Of a stretch of DNA of 64,000 nt, positions 34,624-48,100 are shown piece by piece. The position numbers were made by a program, and so were the translations under genes. How positions within the stretch are numbered: the stretch's first letter is position 1; each line of letters starts with the position of its first letter. The notes beneath the pieces were generated by a model that had not been told where the DNA came from, searched no databases, and was given only the letters and a program-made list of their open reading frames with translations. Source of the stretch: Monocercomonoides exilis PA203. Lineage: Eukaryota; Protista; Preaxostyla. Where the stretch lies: positions 186,001 through 250,000 of the forward strand of contig LSRY02000028.1 in NCBI GenBank assembly GCA_001643675.2, in the 5' to 3' direction.

Positions 34624-37600
34624 TCACTTCCCCTGTGCAGAAGAGCGAAACGAACGAATTGGCGAATGAGAAAGTGAGAGTTGTTGTTGTTGCTGTTGTT
34701 GTTGACTCTGAGTTTGAGACTGTGTTTGGATTTGAGTCTGAATTTGAGTCTGGTTCTGAGCAGTAGGCCTTCCGACTGAGAAGCCGTGTGTGGCCAACAT
34801 TGAAGCTGATCTTTCGAGTGGGCTCTTCCGCAGCATCTGGCGGTGCTTGTCGTCCTGCAGCTTCGCCTCCAGCAGCGAGCGGCGCGGCTGTGGCGGTGGA
34901 GGCGTCTGCGAATGGGGATGGGGATGCGAATGTGATTGCGATTGCGAACGAGAGCGAGTCCGTGTATGTGCGTGTGTTTGTGAGTGTGTCCGGGTGTGCT
35001 GGTTGTTCTTTGCCCTTTGCTGTTGCTGGCGATGGTCTCCCAGCGCTGCCGAGTGCTCGAGGCGCGAAAGAGGCAGAGGCGGAAGCTGGAGCTTTGGCGA
35101 GGGCTGCTCTGATTGGCTGTGTGTCGACGAAGGCAGAGGAAGAGGAAGAGAAGGAGGAAGAGAAGGGGCAAGAGTAGGAGCAAGTGGCTGGAGGGGAGGC
35201 GATTCCGGATCGGAAAAGGAGCTCATGAAGTCTGCAGAAACCTGCAGAAACGTCGACGGATCGGCTCTGTGCCAGCTGTGGGGTGATATTTGAAGGGAAG
35301 ACCTCAACTGAGAGGTTGGAGACAGAGGAAACATACTTTGACGAAACGGAGAAGTAGAAGATGATGAAGAAGATGACGATGAAGAGGAGGAAGAAGAAGA
35401 GGCAAATGAAACAGATTGTGATGTCGAAGCCTTTGAAGATGCAAAAGGTGGTATAAGAGGCTGCATCTGCGACAGCTGAAAAGGCTTGGCAGTGACAGAT
35501 GCTGAGAATGGAGAGGAGCTTCTGGGTTTCTTGTGCTTTGTGGGGGATGGGATGTATCGTGGTACTGGCAATACCATAGAATTTTGCATTGACATAGAAT
35601 TTGACATGGGATTTGGCATGGGATTGGACATCTGCATTGAATTTGGCAGAGGAGGAGACAAAGAAGAAGCAGGCGATGCACACTGGGCAGGCGGGCAGCG
35701 CTGGAAAGTGGGTGAGAAAGTGCTCTGAAGGGAAGAGGAAGCTGGATGCGTTGGTGGAGATGGATAAGAAGATCTAAGTTTTTCGTTGCTCTCGCGGAAA
35801 TAATGCGGCTCGGGAGTAGAAATAAGAGGGCGAGTGATGTAAGAGCTGTTATTTTGTAACTGAGAAGAGGAAGAAAGAAAAGAAGCAGATGGTTGAAAAG
35901 AAGAAGAAGAAGAAGGCGGTGGAGGAGACGGAGAAGGAGAGGAATCAGAAATAGAGCTAACAATCAAAGGAGAACGCAAATCTGCATCGCCTTCTGTGTT
36001 TATGAGCATCTGTTGTTGTTGAGTGAGTGGAAGAGATTGCGTCTGTGTCTGTGTTTGCGTTAGTGCTTGTGCATAGTTCGCATTGACTTTCCACAGACTG
36101 CTACTTCTACTGCTATCTTCTTCCTCTTCCTCATCCTTCTCTTTTTCTCCTCTTCCTCCTCTTCCTCCTCTTCCTCCAATTCCTCCAATTCCTCCTCCTC
36201 CTCTCTCGTTCTCTCTCTCATAAGGGTACCTTTCATTCCCTCTCTGCGTCCCACCCACTGTATTCATTGTATTCATTGTATTCATTGCATTCATTGCATT
36301 AACCACTTCCATTGCCCCCATCGCACTCTGCCTTCCCCCCACAGAAACAGAACTTCTCTTCGGCGGTTGGAACCCCAACGACGTGGATGCCCGCATCTTC
36401 GCATCGACTTTTGGAAACGAGCGCCGCGAGGCAAACGCAGGCAAAGCAGCAGAATCGTCCTTGATGATCATCAAAAGCTCCCTGTTCTGCTCAGAAAGAG
36501 GAGAAGTGATATTGAAAAGGGACTTGGAATTACGTGTGATTGAAGGCAAAGATGCTGTTTTGACTGTTTCTGATCGTTTTGTTGTGCCTCGCCAATCTTC
36601 TTCTTGTGTGGAATGGTTGTGTTGAATATCGTTTTTTTTACTTCCTTGTTCAAAGTGGAGCTCTTCTTTTCCTGCAGCATAAGACAATGCTGCATCTGAT
36701 GCATTCCCTTCTCCTCTTTCTCCAAAAGCGTAATTTCTGTTCCTCTCAAAATTGTCATTGTTCTGATTGGCCTCGTAATTTACTTGTCTTTCTGTTGAAT
36801 GTGCTGTTCTGCTTACTCCATTTGGTGGGCTTATTTCAAATCCTTGGATTGCTTCAACGGCTGTGACTTGCCTGTTACTGCGTGGCGGAGAAAGAGAGGC
36901 AAGCTTTGAAGTATGATGACGCAGCGGGGTGTTTGATGTTGATGAAGATGGAGGTTGAGAAAGAAATTTACGTCTAAATGAGGAAGAAGAGGTAGAAGAG
37001 GAGGAAGAGGAAGAAGAAGAAGAAGATGATGATGAAAACAATTGATTGGACGCCTTGTGTCGCTGCTGAATCAACTCAGAAAACGAACCAGGCGACGGGT
37101 TTTGGTTGATGGACACTGGAAGCGTTGCTGATTGTGCAGTGGATGAAGCAGAAGCAGAAGCAGAAGAAGTAGAAGAGCCTGAGAAAGAACCAGAAGCTGT
37201 TGTGTTTTGATGCTCTGCTGTGCTATTTTGAGTCGCTGACTTGTTCTGAGTCACAGACGACTGTAATTGCGACTGCGATCTCACAATGATGTCAACGTGT
37301 GGCTGTGTTGGATGAGGCAGATAATCAGCCAGTGAAGAAGACAGTCGAATATCTCTGCTTTCACTCTGTTTAGCATCAGTTGCATTCTTCTTTGAAATGT
37401 CTTCTTTTATTTTCATGTCATATCCATTTTTGGTTGTATTATGCAAATCCATTAGCCGTCTTCTGTTTACCATGTCTGACTGCGACCTCTGCTGTTTGAT
37501 GATGAAAGGAGGATGGCTTCTTCCTTCTGCTGCTATTGCTGATGCTGTTGTTGTTGTTATTGCTTCATTCACTTCATTTCCTTCTCTTCCTTCCTTTCCT

Positions 37601-40600
37601 TTGTCAGCTGTAACATTTCTCTGCTTGTGCGGGTTTGGCGGCAGCTTCGGAGTCGTTGAGCGAGGACGACGTATTGTCAGCTCATTGGTATTTTCTGTGT
37701 GTTCCATGTGTTTCGTCTCTTGATGCAATTCTTTCCCTTCTGCATTCATCATTGAATTCTTCACAAAACCAAATGAACTTTCTCCTTTTCCATGCTCCCT
37801 TTTCAGCTTCTGCCTTCTTTTCACCTCCACCGCCTTCCTGTGCTTGTGTTCTTCGACCATCTGCCGGATCTTCCTCTGCTCTTCCTCTGCACGCTCCCTC
37901 TTCAGCCTCACCAAGCGCGATTTCTTCGTCTCCAGTGACGACACAACAACTTTGTTTGGGTTGGGATGCTGAAAAGAAGAGGCAGTGGCTGCAGCTGAGA
38001 CGGAGGCTGGGTTGTATTGAGAGGCGGTGGATCGGGTGGTGAGTAAAGGAGAGGCAGAAGAAGGGGTTAGAGGGGAGAAAGGGGAGAAAGTGGAGAAAGG
38101 GGAGAAAGGGGAGAGGAGGGAAGGGTTGGGGTTAGAGTTGGGATTGGGGTTTATATTGGGGTTGAGATGGTGGTTGGTTGAAGGAGGAGAGGAGGAGGAG
38201 GAGGAGGAAGAAGAAGAAGAAGAAGAAGAAGAAGAAGAAGAAGAGGAGGAGGAGGAAGAAGAAGAAGAAGAAGAAGAAGAAGATGATGATGATGATGATA
38301 AAGAGGATGAAGTTGATGAAAGTGATTGTGTATTCTTCTGATTCGAAGAAGAATGTCCAAATGTTGAGCCTTTTGTTGTGGATGACAAATACGTTGTGAA
38401 ACAAGCCTGTGCTTCAATTGCTGTTGGTATAAGAATTTTCCTCTTTTGCATCTTTTTCTCGTTTTTCTCGTTTTTTTCATTTTTTTCGCTTTCATCTTCT
38501 TTTTCACTTTCTTTCTGTTTCTTCCCAGTTTCTTCAATGTGATTCAATAAATGTCTGGGAGAAGTCGATTCGATTGAATTTCTGACGGACAAGCCAGTTA
38601 CGCCTGGCGGTGCAAACAGCTTCAGAGAGTCCTGTGAAAGAGACTGGGAAGGCATGAAGAGGAGAGAAGAATGAGGAGGGGGCGATGATAAAGTGAAGGA
38701 GGAGGCGAGGCTGCGGCGTTGTATTTGGGATTGGGGTTGAGATTGACGTGGGGAGTGAGTGTGGGAGAGAGGGATGGGGGAGGAGGAACGAGGTAAGGGG
38801 AAAGGAAAAGAAGAAGAAGAAGAGGAGGAGGAGGAAGAAGAAGATGAGGAAGAAGAAGAAGATGAGGAAGAAGATGAGGAAGAAGAAGAAGAAGAAAGGA
38901 AAGGATGAGAAGGAGGAGGTGGGGGAGGTAAAGTGAGGGTGCCTCCAATGCCAACAGGAGAAGGTCCGAATGGATGAGGAGGAGGAGGATAAGGAGAAGA
39001 AGTTGAAGGGTTTGAAGAATAAGAGGAAGAATAAGAATAAGAAGAAGAGGAAGAAGAGGAGGAGGAGGAAGATGAAGAAGAAGAAGATGAGGAAGAAAGA
39101 GAAGAAGCAAGAAGAGAGGAAAATGCAGGAGGAGGCGTTTGGTGTCGGATGGACGAGTTGAATGAAGGAGAAGAGCTTTGTGGTGGGAATGAATTGTAAG
39201 AGGAAGAAAAAGCAGCAGCAGCAGAAGAAGAAGAAGAAGAGGAAGAGGAAGAAGAAGAAGAAGAAGTTGAAGCAGAAGCTGATATTTCCGAGAACGGTGC
39301 AGATGCCAAATTCGTCTTTTCTTTCATCACCTGCCGTGGAGTTGATGGTGCAGTGCTTGTTTGCTTAACTAAATTGTCTTCATTGATTTTCTCATTTAAT
39401 TTTTCATTGTCATATTCATCCACTTCAGTTTTATTAGTTCCTTCAGTTGTTTCAGCTAATTCTGTTAATTCCACACCCAACTGCTCCAATGACCCACTTC
39501 CACTGACATTAGCTGTGTTACTCTCTTTCTCTTCTGTTGACTTGCTGAATGTTTCGTTCATCACATCATCATCATCATCATCATCTTCTTCTTCTTCTTC
39601 CCTCTCCTCTGACCATAATTTTGTTACATTTCGTTCAGCTTCTCCTTCTTCTTTGCCTTTTTCTTCTTTTTTTGTTTCTTCTCTAATGCCTTTCTGCTTC
39701 AGCAATCGTGTATGATTTTCCAACAAGTCATCAACTGTCACATTTGTGTCCACATTCACACACAAATTCACTTTCTGTGCTTTTGTCTCGTTTTCGTCCT
39801 GACTATTGTGGAAGTCATTGTTTTTATTCTCATTTTTATAATTATTGCTATTACTATTACTATTATTGTTCTGTCTTTCACTTTTATTCTTATTCTTATT
39901 CTGATTCTGATTTTGCTTCTGCTTCGCTTTCAGTTTTTGTCTGCTCTTGCTGCTTTCCCTGTGTGCATACATGAACTGTATTGATCTGCTTTCATCGATA
40001 CTTTTCGACCGCTTCAACGAAACCTCATCAAAATCCTTCTCAAATGACGATTGGTCATATCTCTCTGCTTCACAGAGATCAGAATCATTGTCATCTCCTT
40101 CTCCTTTTCCTCCTTCTCCTTCTTCTTCTTCACCTTCTTTCCTTGAATAAGCATTCATTAATCTTCCTCTTCCTCTTCCTCCTCTTCCTTCTCCTTCTTC
40201 TCCTTCTCCTCCATTCATCCCGTTTCTCATTCCACTCCCTTCCATTCCATCATCCTTTCCTTCTTCCCCTTTCACTTTCGCTTTCACCTTCGCCTTCATC
40301 TTCGCCCCTTCTCTTCTCCCCACCGCCTTCACCGCTTTTTTCTCCGGTTCCACAAACGTGTTCCATCTTTTGATTGCCGCAGGCGACTTGCTCACAACTT
40401 GCAGAGCAGGGTCGAATGGATCGTATCTTCCTTGGGAGAACACAGAAGATGCCTCAGACAATGCAGGAGATGACACTTGGCTGACAATACTGCCATTGCC
40501 ATTGTTACTGTTACTGTTACTGCCACTGCTGCTGCTTCCGCTCTGGTGGTTGGCTGGGGAAGAGGAGGAGGAGGAGGAAGGTGAAAAAGGAGAAGGAGAA

Positions 40601-43600
40601 GGAGAAAGTGAGGAAGTGGGAGAGAGATAAGACGAGTGTGTGATGTCTGAGATGCTCTCAGCATAATTGGCACTGTCGCTTGAGTCGTCTAATGTTCTGT
40701 GTGAAAGAGATGGAATGTGCTCACCAGAGATAGAAGAAGAAGCAGAAGCAGAAGCAGCAGCAGAAGAAGATGAAGTTGGTTGATCAGCTGCATTGTGCAG
40801 TTCAATGCCATTTTTGTCGAGCAGCCCCAAACCAAACAAATCTTCTTGCTCGTTCATATCTTCTTCCTCTTCTCTTTCTCCTTCTCTTTCTCCCTTACAC
40901 CCTCTCCTCCCTCCCTCCACCAGCGGCGACCCTTTCATCTTCATCTTCGCACCCTTCTCTTTCTCTTTCTCCTTCTCCTTCTCTCTCTTCGTGAACGACG
41001 TTGGAGTCTGCGGCATCGGAGAAAGCGGGCAAAGCGGCTCTTTCCTCATCGACAGCCGCGACACCTGCGACTGAAGAGGCGGGTGTGGAGGAGGCAGACG
41101 AGGCCCCGGCGACTGCAGCGACAGCGCCAGCTTGTCCAGCAGCTCGTGCTCAATGTCGCTGTTTGCCTGGGAGTCGAAGGAGAGAGAAGAAAGAGAAGAA
41201 AGAGAGGTGATGGAGGAGATGGAAGAGATGGCAGAGATGGGGGTTGTGTGCGGATGTGGGAGGGAGAGTGGGTTTTGAGGGGTGGGGGAATAGAGCATGT
41301 GAGGGGAAAGAGAGAGAGGAGAGGAGGAGAATGGGGAAGAGAAAGAAGAGGAAGAAGAGGAAGAAGAAGGTGAAATGGAGGATGAAATGGAAGCAGAAGC
41401 AGAAGCAGGGAAGCGTGCAGAGCTAAAGGAAGAGTAGGCAGATGAGGTGGATGATGAGGTGGATGAATCGGATGAAGTGGATGAGGCAGACGAAGCAGTG
41501 GCTGGAGTAGCAATAAAGCACTCAGCAGCTGTTCTGTCGTTGAATGCACCGAATGTATTGAACGAGCCGAACGATGTGTGTGTGAAGGAATTCTCAGATG
41601 ATGTTGTGAGTGGAGGTGGTGGGATGTTGCTTCTGTTTTCAGACTGAGCTGAAGAAGCAGAAGAAGAAGAAGTCAAAGCAGCATTAGTTGTGTTGTTGAA
41701 TCTAGGAGAAGTTGTCAAATTCTGCGTGTCCTGCTCAATCGCCTTTCCCGTCAATCCATGCGGTGCCTGGAAGAACTGGTGTGTGTGCACAAAATGCGAC
41801 GCAGTGGCTGTTGTGGAGAGGCTCCCCGGGGAAGAGTCCAACTGCGACGCGGCCGAGTCGTAGGAGGAGGCAGTGATCGACTGAAACGAGGATTTTTCGT
41901 CGGCGTCGAACCGCCGCTGCCCGCTCACAGGCTCAGAAAGCAGGCTGCCCCAGCCAAAAGTGGAGCGGCGGGAAGGGCTGACGCCGTCGACATCAACATC
42001 GACATCAGTATCGATATCAACATCAGCATCACCATCAGCTTCAGTGTCGGTGTAGGCATACACATCCACACTGGCATCAGATTCAGCACGGCGTCTGCCT
42101 TTCACTTCTCCTTCTCCTTCTCTTCCTCTTCCTCTTCCTCTTCCTTTTTCTCCTTCAACAACATCTGCCTCTGCCTCTGCCTCTGTCTCCACTCCAACAT
42201 TTGCCTCAGTGTCTGAATGATCTCCTCTTCTCTGCTCGTGTGCTGCAATCGCGCGGATGGTCTTGGCGTCTTCGTCGTTCGAGTCCAAACAGCACGACGA
42301 CGCAGCAGACAGCGAAGGCGGAGGGAGCTTCTTGTGAGACGCTGCCGAATGGACACAGTTGAGCGAAGAAGGCGTGTTGGAGAGGGGAATTTCATAGTCC
42401 ATGCCAAGCAACTGCATGCCCGGCAGTGAGCTTGAAGAATACAAGCGGTGCTCACGGCCGCTGCTGTCGGAGTTTTTCCCTTTCTCTTCGGTCAGGATGC
42501 GCTCCCGCACGCCCTTGATCTTCTTCGACAGCCGCACTTTCAATCGGATCAGCTGCGAGAACGACATCAGCGGTGTCAGCGCCTTTTGGATCTCGTCTTT
42601 TGTCACACTCACTTCTGCCAGCTCGTCGGGGAGAGGATTCTGCCCGTGCTCAGTCACCCACGGATGCTCCTGTGTTGTATTGTGTATAGGATAAGGGGGG
42701 AGGGGGAGGATAGGATTAGATTAGATGGGATGAGAAAATATGTAATGGGATGGGAAGTGAAGGGAGTGGAATGGAAGGGAGTGAAGTGAAGAAAAAGAAG
42801 GTGAATTGCGTAGGTTAATGAAAGAAATAAAACCGATGTTAGAAATTAAAAGTAAGTAATATTTATTTCTAAAATGCATAAAGAAGTTGACTAACAAACT
42901 CGTATCACCATCAGATTGAATCTTCGCTTGGGATCCTTCGTAAGCATCCCGCGCATAAGGCTCTTCATGTCTTCGCTCAGCATCCATTCGTCGTCTCTTA
43001 TCTCAAATGATCCGTTATTTAATTGTGATTGCGATTGTTGTTGTTGCTGCTGCTGCTGTTGATTCGTCTGCTCTTCTTCCTTCACAAACCCTTCCTGTGT
43101 CCCTTCTGCATTGTTGCTTGCCTCTGTGCGGATCCGCTGGATCTGCTCAGCAGCCAGCACTCCATTTTCTCCTTGCACATTGTTTGATGAGGAAGAAGAA
43201 GACGATGATGATGAAGACGATGATGATGTCGTTGTTGTTGTTGTTAGAAGGCCACGCTCCTTCATAATTCTCTGTGTCATCTTCACCTTCCGCTTGCGGT
43301 CCCACTCTTCCTCGTCCACTTCTTCGTTGATTGCGCGCTGGTATGTCAGAAAAGCGGTGCTTTCGATAAACGGCGCCTCGCCATACACAAACATAAACAG
43401 AGTAACTCCAAGCGCCCACACATCAGCGAGAAATGGCGAATAGCCTTCTGGATCAGGAGGGGCTTTTATTTGTTGCAATTTTTTGAAAAAAAAAGGAAGA
43501 AAAAATGACATAAAAGAAAGAGGTTGCAGTTAGAGAAAGGATCAAAACAAATATTGAAAAAATAAAGTTTTTTTGTTTATAAAAGAAATTCAACGTGTTG

Positions 43601-44491
43601 TATCATTATAATAGAAATAATAAAATAATTCTATTTTCAAATAACTATTTTAGAAGTAATGCAAACATTTAACTGCTTCAGGTGGAATGAATGCAGGTGT
43701 TCCTCGGATCTCTCTGATCAATGAATCAAAAGACGGATAAAGGATTGAAACCCCGAAATCGCTGATTTTCAGCTGTCCAGTTGAACTTCTTAAAATGTTG
43801 TCCGGCTTAATGTCATGATGCACAATATGATGCTTGTGTACTTTGACAACAAAAATGTATTTAATTATTACTAAAAAAAAGTGGAGCAGGCACACAGTAA
43901 GATATGCCAACAACAATATCTCTGAATGCAATTCGCGCCTCCTGTTCAGTCATGAGATCTTGACCTTCTTCAAAGCAAGATCCTCCACTTAAATATTCAA
44001 GAACTAAACAACGATTTTTTTAAAAAAATTTTGATGTAAATCAGCTTGTTAATCAGATACCAACCCATGTACAATTTTTTCTTTTTGGGATCATCAATCA
44101 CTTCATACAAGCGAACAAGATTTGGATGGTCCATTTTTTTCATAATAGCAACTTCCTTGTTTGTATCTTCAAAATAGATTCAGTTTTTAGGATATTAAAA
44201 GAAAAAGAAAAAATCACAAAAACCATTTGTTTGCCCTCCTTTTCGGGGAGGTCCGAGAATCCTTTTCACAGCTTTCTTGACAACCTTCATTGCAAATTGC
44301 TTTTCTGGTTCATTTTGAAGATGGCAAAGCTTTACCTTTGCATACGCACCTGAACCAAGCTTTTGGTCGATAACGTATTGATTTATCATCTTTTGCCCAG
44401 TTCCCTCCTGATGCGATACGGAAGCCTGCTTTGTCTCAACAACCACTTGGTCCGCACCAGCATTTACCTCCCGTGAAGCGGGAGACGACAT
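34624..44491 (-). CDS. CAMKK/GRIK-like Ser/Thr protein kinase with a ~2,700-aa low-complexity C-terminal tail; last intron 42670-42899
   Basis: Exonic ORFs give MINQY....LGSGAYAKVK, AMK, EVAIMKKMDHPNLVRLYEVIDDP....LYM, HHDIKPDNIL, KISDFGVS, GTPAFIPPE, DVWALGVTLF...G..PF and ML.KDP.RR. Splicing into EHPWVT opens the 2677-aa ORF. Confidence 0.88.
38188..38300. repeat. (GAG/GAA/GAT)n trinucleotide tract encoding poly-Ser on the minus strand; similar tracts at ~8510-8570, 38810-38895 and 39020-39270
   Basis: Directly visible purine-rich triplet runs inside coding exons. Confidence 0.9.
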
Positions 44492-45128
44492 GCTTTAGAA
44501 AACGAAGTTATGAATTTTTTGAATAATGGTCATCAAAATAAAGTCCTTTCAATGCAGTTTTTTTTCAGAATTTCAATTTGTAATAAGATATTGAACATTA
44601 AAAATAATTTTCATTTCATTTTTATAATTGAATTATTCTCAAAGTTATTTAGAAAAAAAGAAAAACATGGAGGGAGTGATCTCCTTGATTCCAGGAAAAA
44701 TTTCGCCTTTCAATATAGAAATTATTAGATAATTTTTTATTTTATATTAATTTATTTTTTTATTGTCATTTTCACTCTCATCAAAATAAAAGGAAAGAAA
44801 AAGGATTATAATTTCAAAATTTAAAGCATTCAATCAAGCTGAACGATATGTTTTTTTTTGTAAACACCAAAATAAAATAAAAATAAAAAATAAAAAATAA
44901 AGTTACACGTATTTCAGTAGGATTTGTTCGGAATGGCCCTCTAGAAAATTTAATAACTTAAAAAAGGGAAAAAAAAATATTTTTCATGAAGTGCTATTTC
45001 AAAATGTTTAATTCAAAAGTTTTAAAATAACCTTTTTGATAAATTAATAAATTGCAAGTGAATAATTTTCCAATGAAAAATTCACAAAAAATATAATGAA
45101 TCTAATGTTCCCGATAATTAACACAAAA

Positions 45129-48100
45129 TCATGCAACTGGCGAACTAGAAAGTGAACGAGAAGGAGGAAGCGAGCGAGATGGCAATGAATTAGAAGAAAA
45201 CGAATCAAGAGTCTCGGTTGAAGGAGACGCCGCAACTTGAGGCGACTGCTGGGGATTAGGCTGATCAATAAGACTGCTATTGTCTGCATATCTTGACAGT
45301 TGAGCAGCAGTTGTCGACATCGAAAGAGAAGGCATTCTTCTTTGCAATGGTCTGTTCTGCTGCGAAGCGCCTGAAGCCTGCTGAGGCGATCCAGCAATAC
45401 GCAGCATCGGCGATTGTGGCGTTCGCGGAGAGAAGAAAGCAAAGTTGCCAGGCGAAAACGAGAAGAATGAAGCAATCGACGAACCTGCACCGGATCCCGT
45501 TGAGGAAGTAAGCGGTTGCTTTTCAGAAATAAGCAGCGAAGAAGAATTGGAATATTGCAGCGGCGTTGGAAGTTCGTTTTGCCCGTTCCACAGATCAGCC
45601 GAAGAGAGAAACGGAGGGGAAGAGGTAGATGACACAAACGAAGTGAACGACGCTGAAGAGAAAGGAGAATCTCCTGTTGAAAAAGGAGAAGGATAAGAAA
45701 GCGGAGGCTGTGTCCAAGTGGCATGCAGTGAAGTGAATGAAGATGGAGGGCCCATCAAAGAGCGGTCTGATATTCCAGCAGAGGAAGAAAGAGAAGAAAG
45801 CGAAGAAGCAGAAGAGGAGCCTGACGCTGCACGAGGAGAAGGCAGTGCGCTCAAATAGCCAAACTGCCCAGGCATATCCATCATCGGCATGGGGCCTCCA
45901 GAAGAAGTGATGTTTCCGTCGTATCCTTCGGATGAGTAGAAACTGTCTGCCACGTTGTGTTTCGCTGAGAGTGAATCATCAAATTGAACTTGATAGGCAG
46001 AGGCAGAGGTAGAAGAAGAAGGGGAAGAAGAAGAAGAAGAGGAAGAGGAAGAAGAAGTTGATGAAAGATACGGAAGTTGTTGAGAAGTGTACTGATTGAA
46101 GCGAGAAGGATAAACAGAAGAAGAAATGCCTGCTGAAGACGATGAGATGGAAGGAGAAGGCGCCTGATCTGTTTGAAGAGGATATGAATCAGTGTATTGG
46201 AGAAGCAACGAAGAATTAGAAGGAAACGAAGAGGAAGGAGAAGAGGAAGAAGAAGAAGAAGAAGAATTGGAAAGAGATGAAAGATTACGCTGAGCCAGAT
46301 CTCGTTGATAAGAAGACGAAGACGAAGAAGGAGAAGGAGACAAAATGTGTGCTTGAGAAGAAGAAGTTTGCTGGCGTGTTATGCCAGTCTGATGAAGAGC
46401 CTCGGGAAACACGGGCAAAGAACGTGCAGTTGTATAAGGCTGCCGATGATAAGAGGAAAGAATAGTCGCATTCGAAGGAGAATGTTCAGAGGAAACAGGA
46501 GAAGAACTGAAAGAAGGCGAAGAAGAAGATGACGAAAGAGAATCAGAGATTTCACTGAGAGACGGTGGTGAACAAACTTTGAACGAAGAATTCAGTGGCA
46601 TCGCAGCTGAAGGAGGGTAAGGCGAGTTTTGCTCAGCCAAGTCATTGTAGCTGGGAAACTCTGTTGAATACAGCTCGCTGCTGACTGCCGAGGGAGCTAA
46701 AACTGGATTGGCATACGAAGCGTATGGCGAGTCTGAAGGCTCAACATTCGCTTTTCTCCTCTTGCGACGTGCTGCTTTCTGCTGCTGTTGCTGTTGCTGC
46801 TGTTCAACAGCCGAGTCAGACAAGCCAGCCTGCTGGCTCATAAACGGAAACGAGAAAGGCTCGCTAGAAAACGAAGACAGCGGTGACAGACCCGAAGTGG
46901 AAGAAGACGCAAGCCCTGTTTCTCGTCGAGGCAGCGCTGAACTAGCAGAATACGACGGTGTATAAGGCAGGCTGTCGAAGTGCGGGTAGTCTGAGAACTT
47001 GAACGGGTGCTTGATGAGAGAATGGAGGATGCAGCGGGCAGGGAAAGGGAAAGTGCAGACAGCAGGGAATGACAGCAGCGGCAGAGGAAGCGAAGACGGG
47101 CGGAACAAAAGCAGCTCGTCTGAATTGAATGAAGAATGTATTTGTGGTGGTGGTGGAGGAGAGGAAGAAGGCGAAATCAGAGGGGTCAAGCTCTGAATGC
47201 CGTATGCTCTCCCGTTTGCATATGGAACTGGAGGATAATATTGAGATGCAGGTGAAGGCGATGCTGATGAAGCGGGGGATGAGAGGAAAGCTGAGTGGTG
47301 TTGAGTGTCCTGTTGTGCCTGTGCAGCATATGCTCTGTTTCTGTCTCTCAACAGTTTCCTTTCAGCAAACAGCAAATATTCGCTTTGAAATGAATCGGTG
47401 CCAGCGTCAAACAGCAGCGCGCCAAATGGAGAATCGGTGCGGGAAAAGACGGCAACACAAGACGGATGGCTGAGCGGGAGAAAGAACGGAAGGAGAGAAA
47501 GAGGAAGCGGGAGAGCGAACTGAGAAAGAGGCGGGAGGTAGAACGGTAGAGCGTTTAGTGGAGTAACTGGAGGGATTGGCAGGATGAGTGATGAGGGATT
47601 AATGGCTTCTTTGAGCGGATGTTTGGCAGATGGCAAACGAGACGAGGGCGATTTTGACTGCTGCTGCTGTTGGCTGAGCAGCGATGAAAGGGCAGCGTGT
47701 GGAACAGCCGCCTTCTGAGAAGCGCTGGCTGTTGGCGACAGAGCAGAGGGCGAATGAATAAAACTGTCTGAGCTGCGGCTGTTTGTGTGAATGGCACTTG
47801 GTGAGTTCTGATTCTGTGGGTGTTGTAGGTACTGCATGGAAGGAGATGGAGATGAAGAAGTAGATGAAGACGGAGATGGAGAGGGAGATGGAGATGAAGT
47901 TGGAGAAGGCCGAAGCGTCTGAGACGATGGCGACAGCGCTGATGAAGGTGAAGGGGAAGGTGATGGTGATGACAATGGCGATGATGAATGCGAAGATGCT
48001 CGTGAATGCTGTGAATGTCCAGAATATGACGCCTGGCTTTGAGGAGATGTCTCAAAGGGGGAGAACGGCGAGTGGTGGAACTGAATCGCCTGCTGAGCTG

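Noticed and set aside
34574-42455. Many overlapping and antisense ORFs (poly-Glu, poly-Lys, poly-Leu and similar)
   Set aside because: They are shadows of triplet-repeat coding sequence that lacks stops in other frames, and they carry no domain signal.
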